This document shows, piece after piece, positions 63,475 to 64,000 of a DNA stretch of 64,000 bases. This stretch comes from Acidimicrobiales bacterium. Lineage in GTDB: Bacteria; Actinomycetota; Acidimicrobiia; Acidimicrobiales; AC-9. The notes beneath the pieces are model-generated. The model made no database searches. It was not told the DNA's origin and saw nothing but the letters and a program-made list of their open reading frames with translations. Made by a program: the position numbers and the translations under genes. The DNA lies in assembly GCA_051985455.1 (NCBI GenBank), contig JBPYEI010000103.1, positions 637-64,636 on the forward strand. Reading direction: 5' to 3'. Every line of letters begins with the position of its first letter. Positions within the stretch are counted from its first letter, which is position 1.

Positions 63475-64000
63475 TACCGGCACCGGCCCGGGTCCTGATC
63501 GACGGCGACTCGCTGAGGACCGGGGTGGCCCGTCTTGGGGCGGAGCTGTCGGCGGCCTACCCGCAAGGCATGGTGCTCGTGGCGGTGCTGAAGGGAAGCG
63601 TGTGCTTTCTGGCCGACCTGGTGCGCGTGGTCACGGTCCCGTGCGAGGTCGACTTTCTCGCCATCTCGTCCTACGCAGAGGGAACCGGCCGGGTGCGCAT
63701 CGTGAAGGACCTCGACACCGACATCTCCGACCGTGACGTCGTGCTCGTCGAGGACATCGTCGACACGGGACTGACCCTCACCTACATCCTGGGCGAGCTC
63801 AGGCGGCGAGGACCACGCTCGCTCGAAGTGTGTGCGTTGCTCGACAAGACGGCCCGTCGCATCGTGCCCACTCCGCTCCGATTCGTCGGGTTTCCCATCG
63901 ATGACGAGTTCGTTCTCGGTTACGGACTCGACTACGCCGAGCGCTATCGCAACCTCGACAGGGTCGTGGCCGGGGACCTCGCCGCTCTCCGGCTCGAAGC
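63471..64000 (+). CDS. hpt: Hypoxanthine(-guanine) phosphoribosyltransferase (3' end cut by the window edge)
   Basis: Not in the ORF track because it is open at the edge. The GTG at 63471 overlaps the MerR stop (GTGA). Hand translation gives VIPAPARVLIDGDSLRTGVARLGAELSAAYPQGMVLVAVLKGSVCFLADLVRVVTVPCEVDFLAISSY....VRIVKDLDTDISDRDVVLVEDIVDTGLTLTY... The VLVEDIVDTG segment is the PRPP-binding motif. Confidence 0.9.
   Translation, partial: MIPAPARVLIDGDSLRTGVARLGAELSAAYPQGMVLVAVLKGSVCFLADLVRVVTVPCEVDFLAISSYAEGTGRVRIVKDLDTDISDRDVVLVEDIVDTGLTLTYILGELRRRGPRSLEVCALLDKTARRIVPTPLRFVGFPIDDEFVLGYGLDYAERYRNLDRVVAGDLAALRLE

Noticed and set aside
1-64000. CRISPR arrays, transposases, integrases, rRNA and complete tRNA genes
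   Set aside because: No regularly spaced direct repeats were found; the only tandem repeats have 2-3 copies and are coding. No DDE, tyrosine- or serine-recombinase-like translation appears in any ORF. No rRNA-like or complete tRNA-like sequence was seen. This is a by-eye reading, so short or degenerate elements could have been missed.

Overview
This is a high-GC, actinobacterial-type chromosomal segment, judged by eye from strong GC3 codon bias and long arginine-rich shadow ORFs on the antisense strands. It is densely coding on both strands. I support about 65 protein genes, one riboswitch, one tRNA-derived fragment, three decayed gene remnants and a few short repeats or palindromes. All domain calls were made by reading the ORF-track translations and translating some stretches by hand. 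No database search was possible.

Content is mostly housekeeping and accessory metabolism:
- arsR-ackA-xfp phosphoketolase shunt
- a cobalamin riboswitch in front of a NiCoT cobalt/nickel permease
- sugar genes: a GH15 glycosidase, a glucose dehydrogenase and a TreT-like synthase
- acyl-CoA dehydrogenase, copper amine oxidase and several alpha/beta hydrolases
- class A PBP and endonuclease V
- an ABC exporter and an ABC-2 pair
- the conserved actinobacterial block of CDP-alcohol phosphatidyltransferase, long ManC-like gene, gcvH, garA-like FHA gene, MerR (Rv1828/FtsR-like) and hpt

Regulatory content:
- an ECF sigma factor with a cytoplasmic ZAS anti-sigma, plus a second orphan ZAS paralog
- a dispersed partner-switching set (GAF-PP2C phosphatase, RsbW-like kinase, STAS protein)
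- two divergent promoter regions carrying perfect palindromes

I found no CRISPR array, no transposase or integrase, and no recognisable defence system. No single locus is a compelling novel system. The best candidates for follow-up are:
- the HTH / Clp_N divergent pair with a TTGACAcTGTCAA operator-like palindrome
- the SPFH-RHH operon facing an ABC-2 transporter across an AT-rich region with the palindrome AGTGATATCACT
- the twin-ZAS / ECF sigma / DUF302 cluster, which ends at a tRNA-Pro 3' fragment
- the GH15 / glucose dehydrogenase / cysteine-less flavoprotein trio

Many start codons are uncertain in this GC-rich DNA. Where I moved a start away from the ORF track, I say so.
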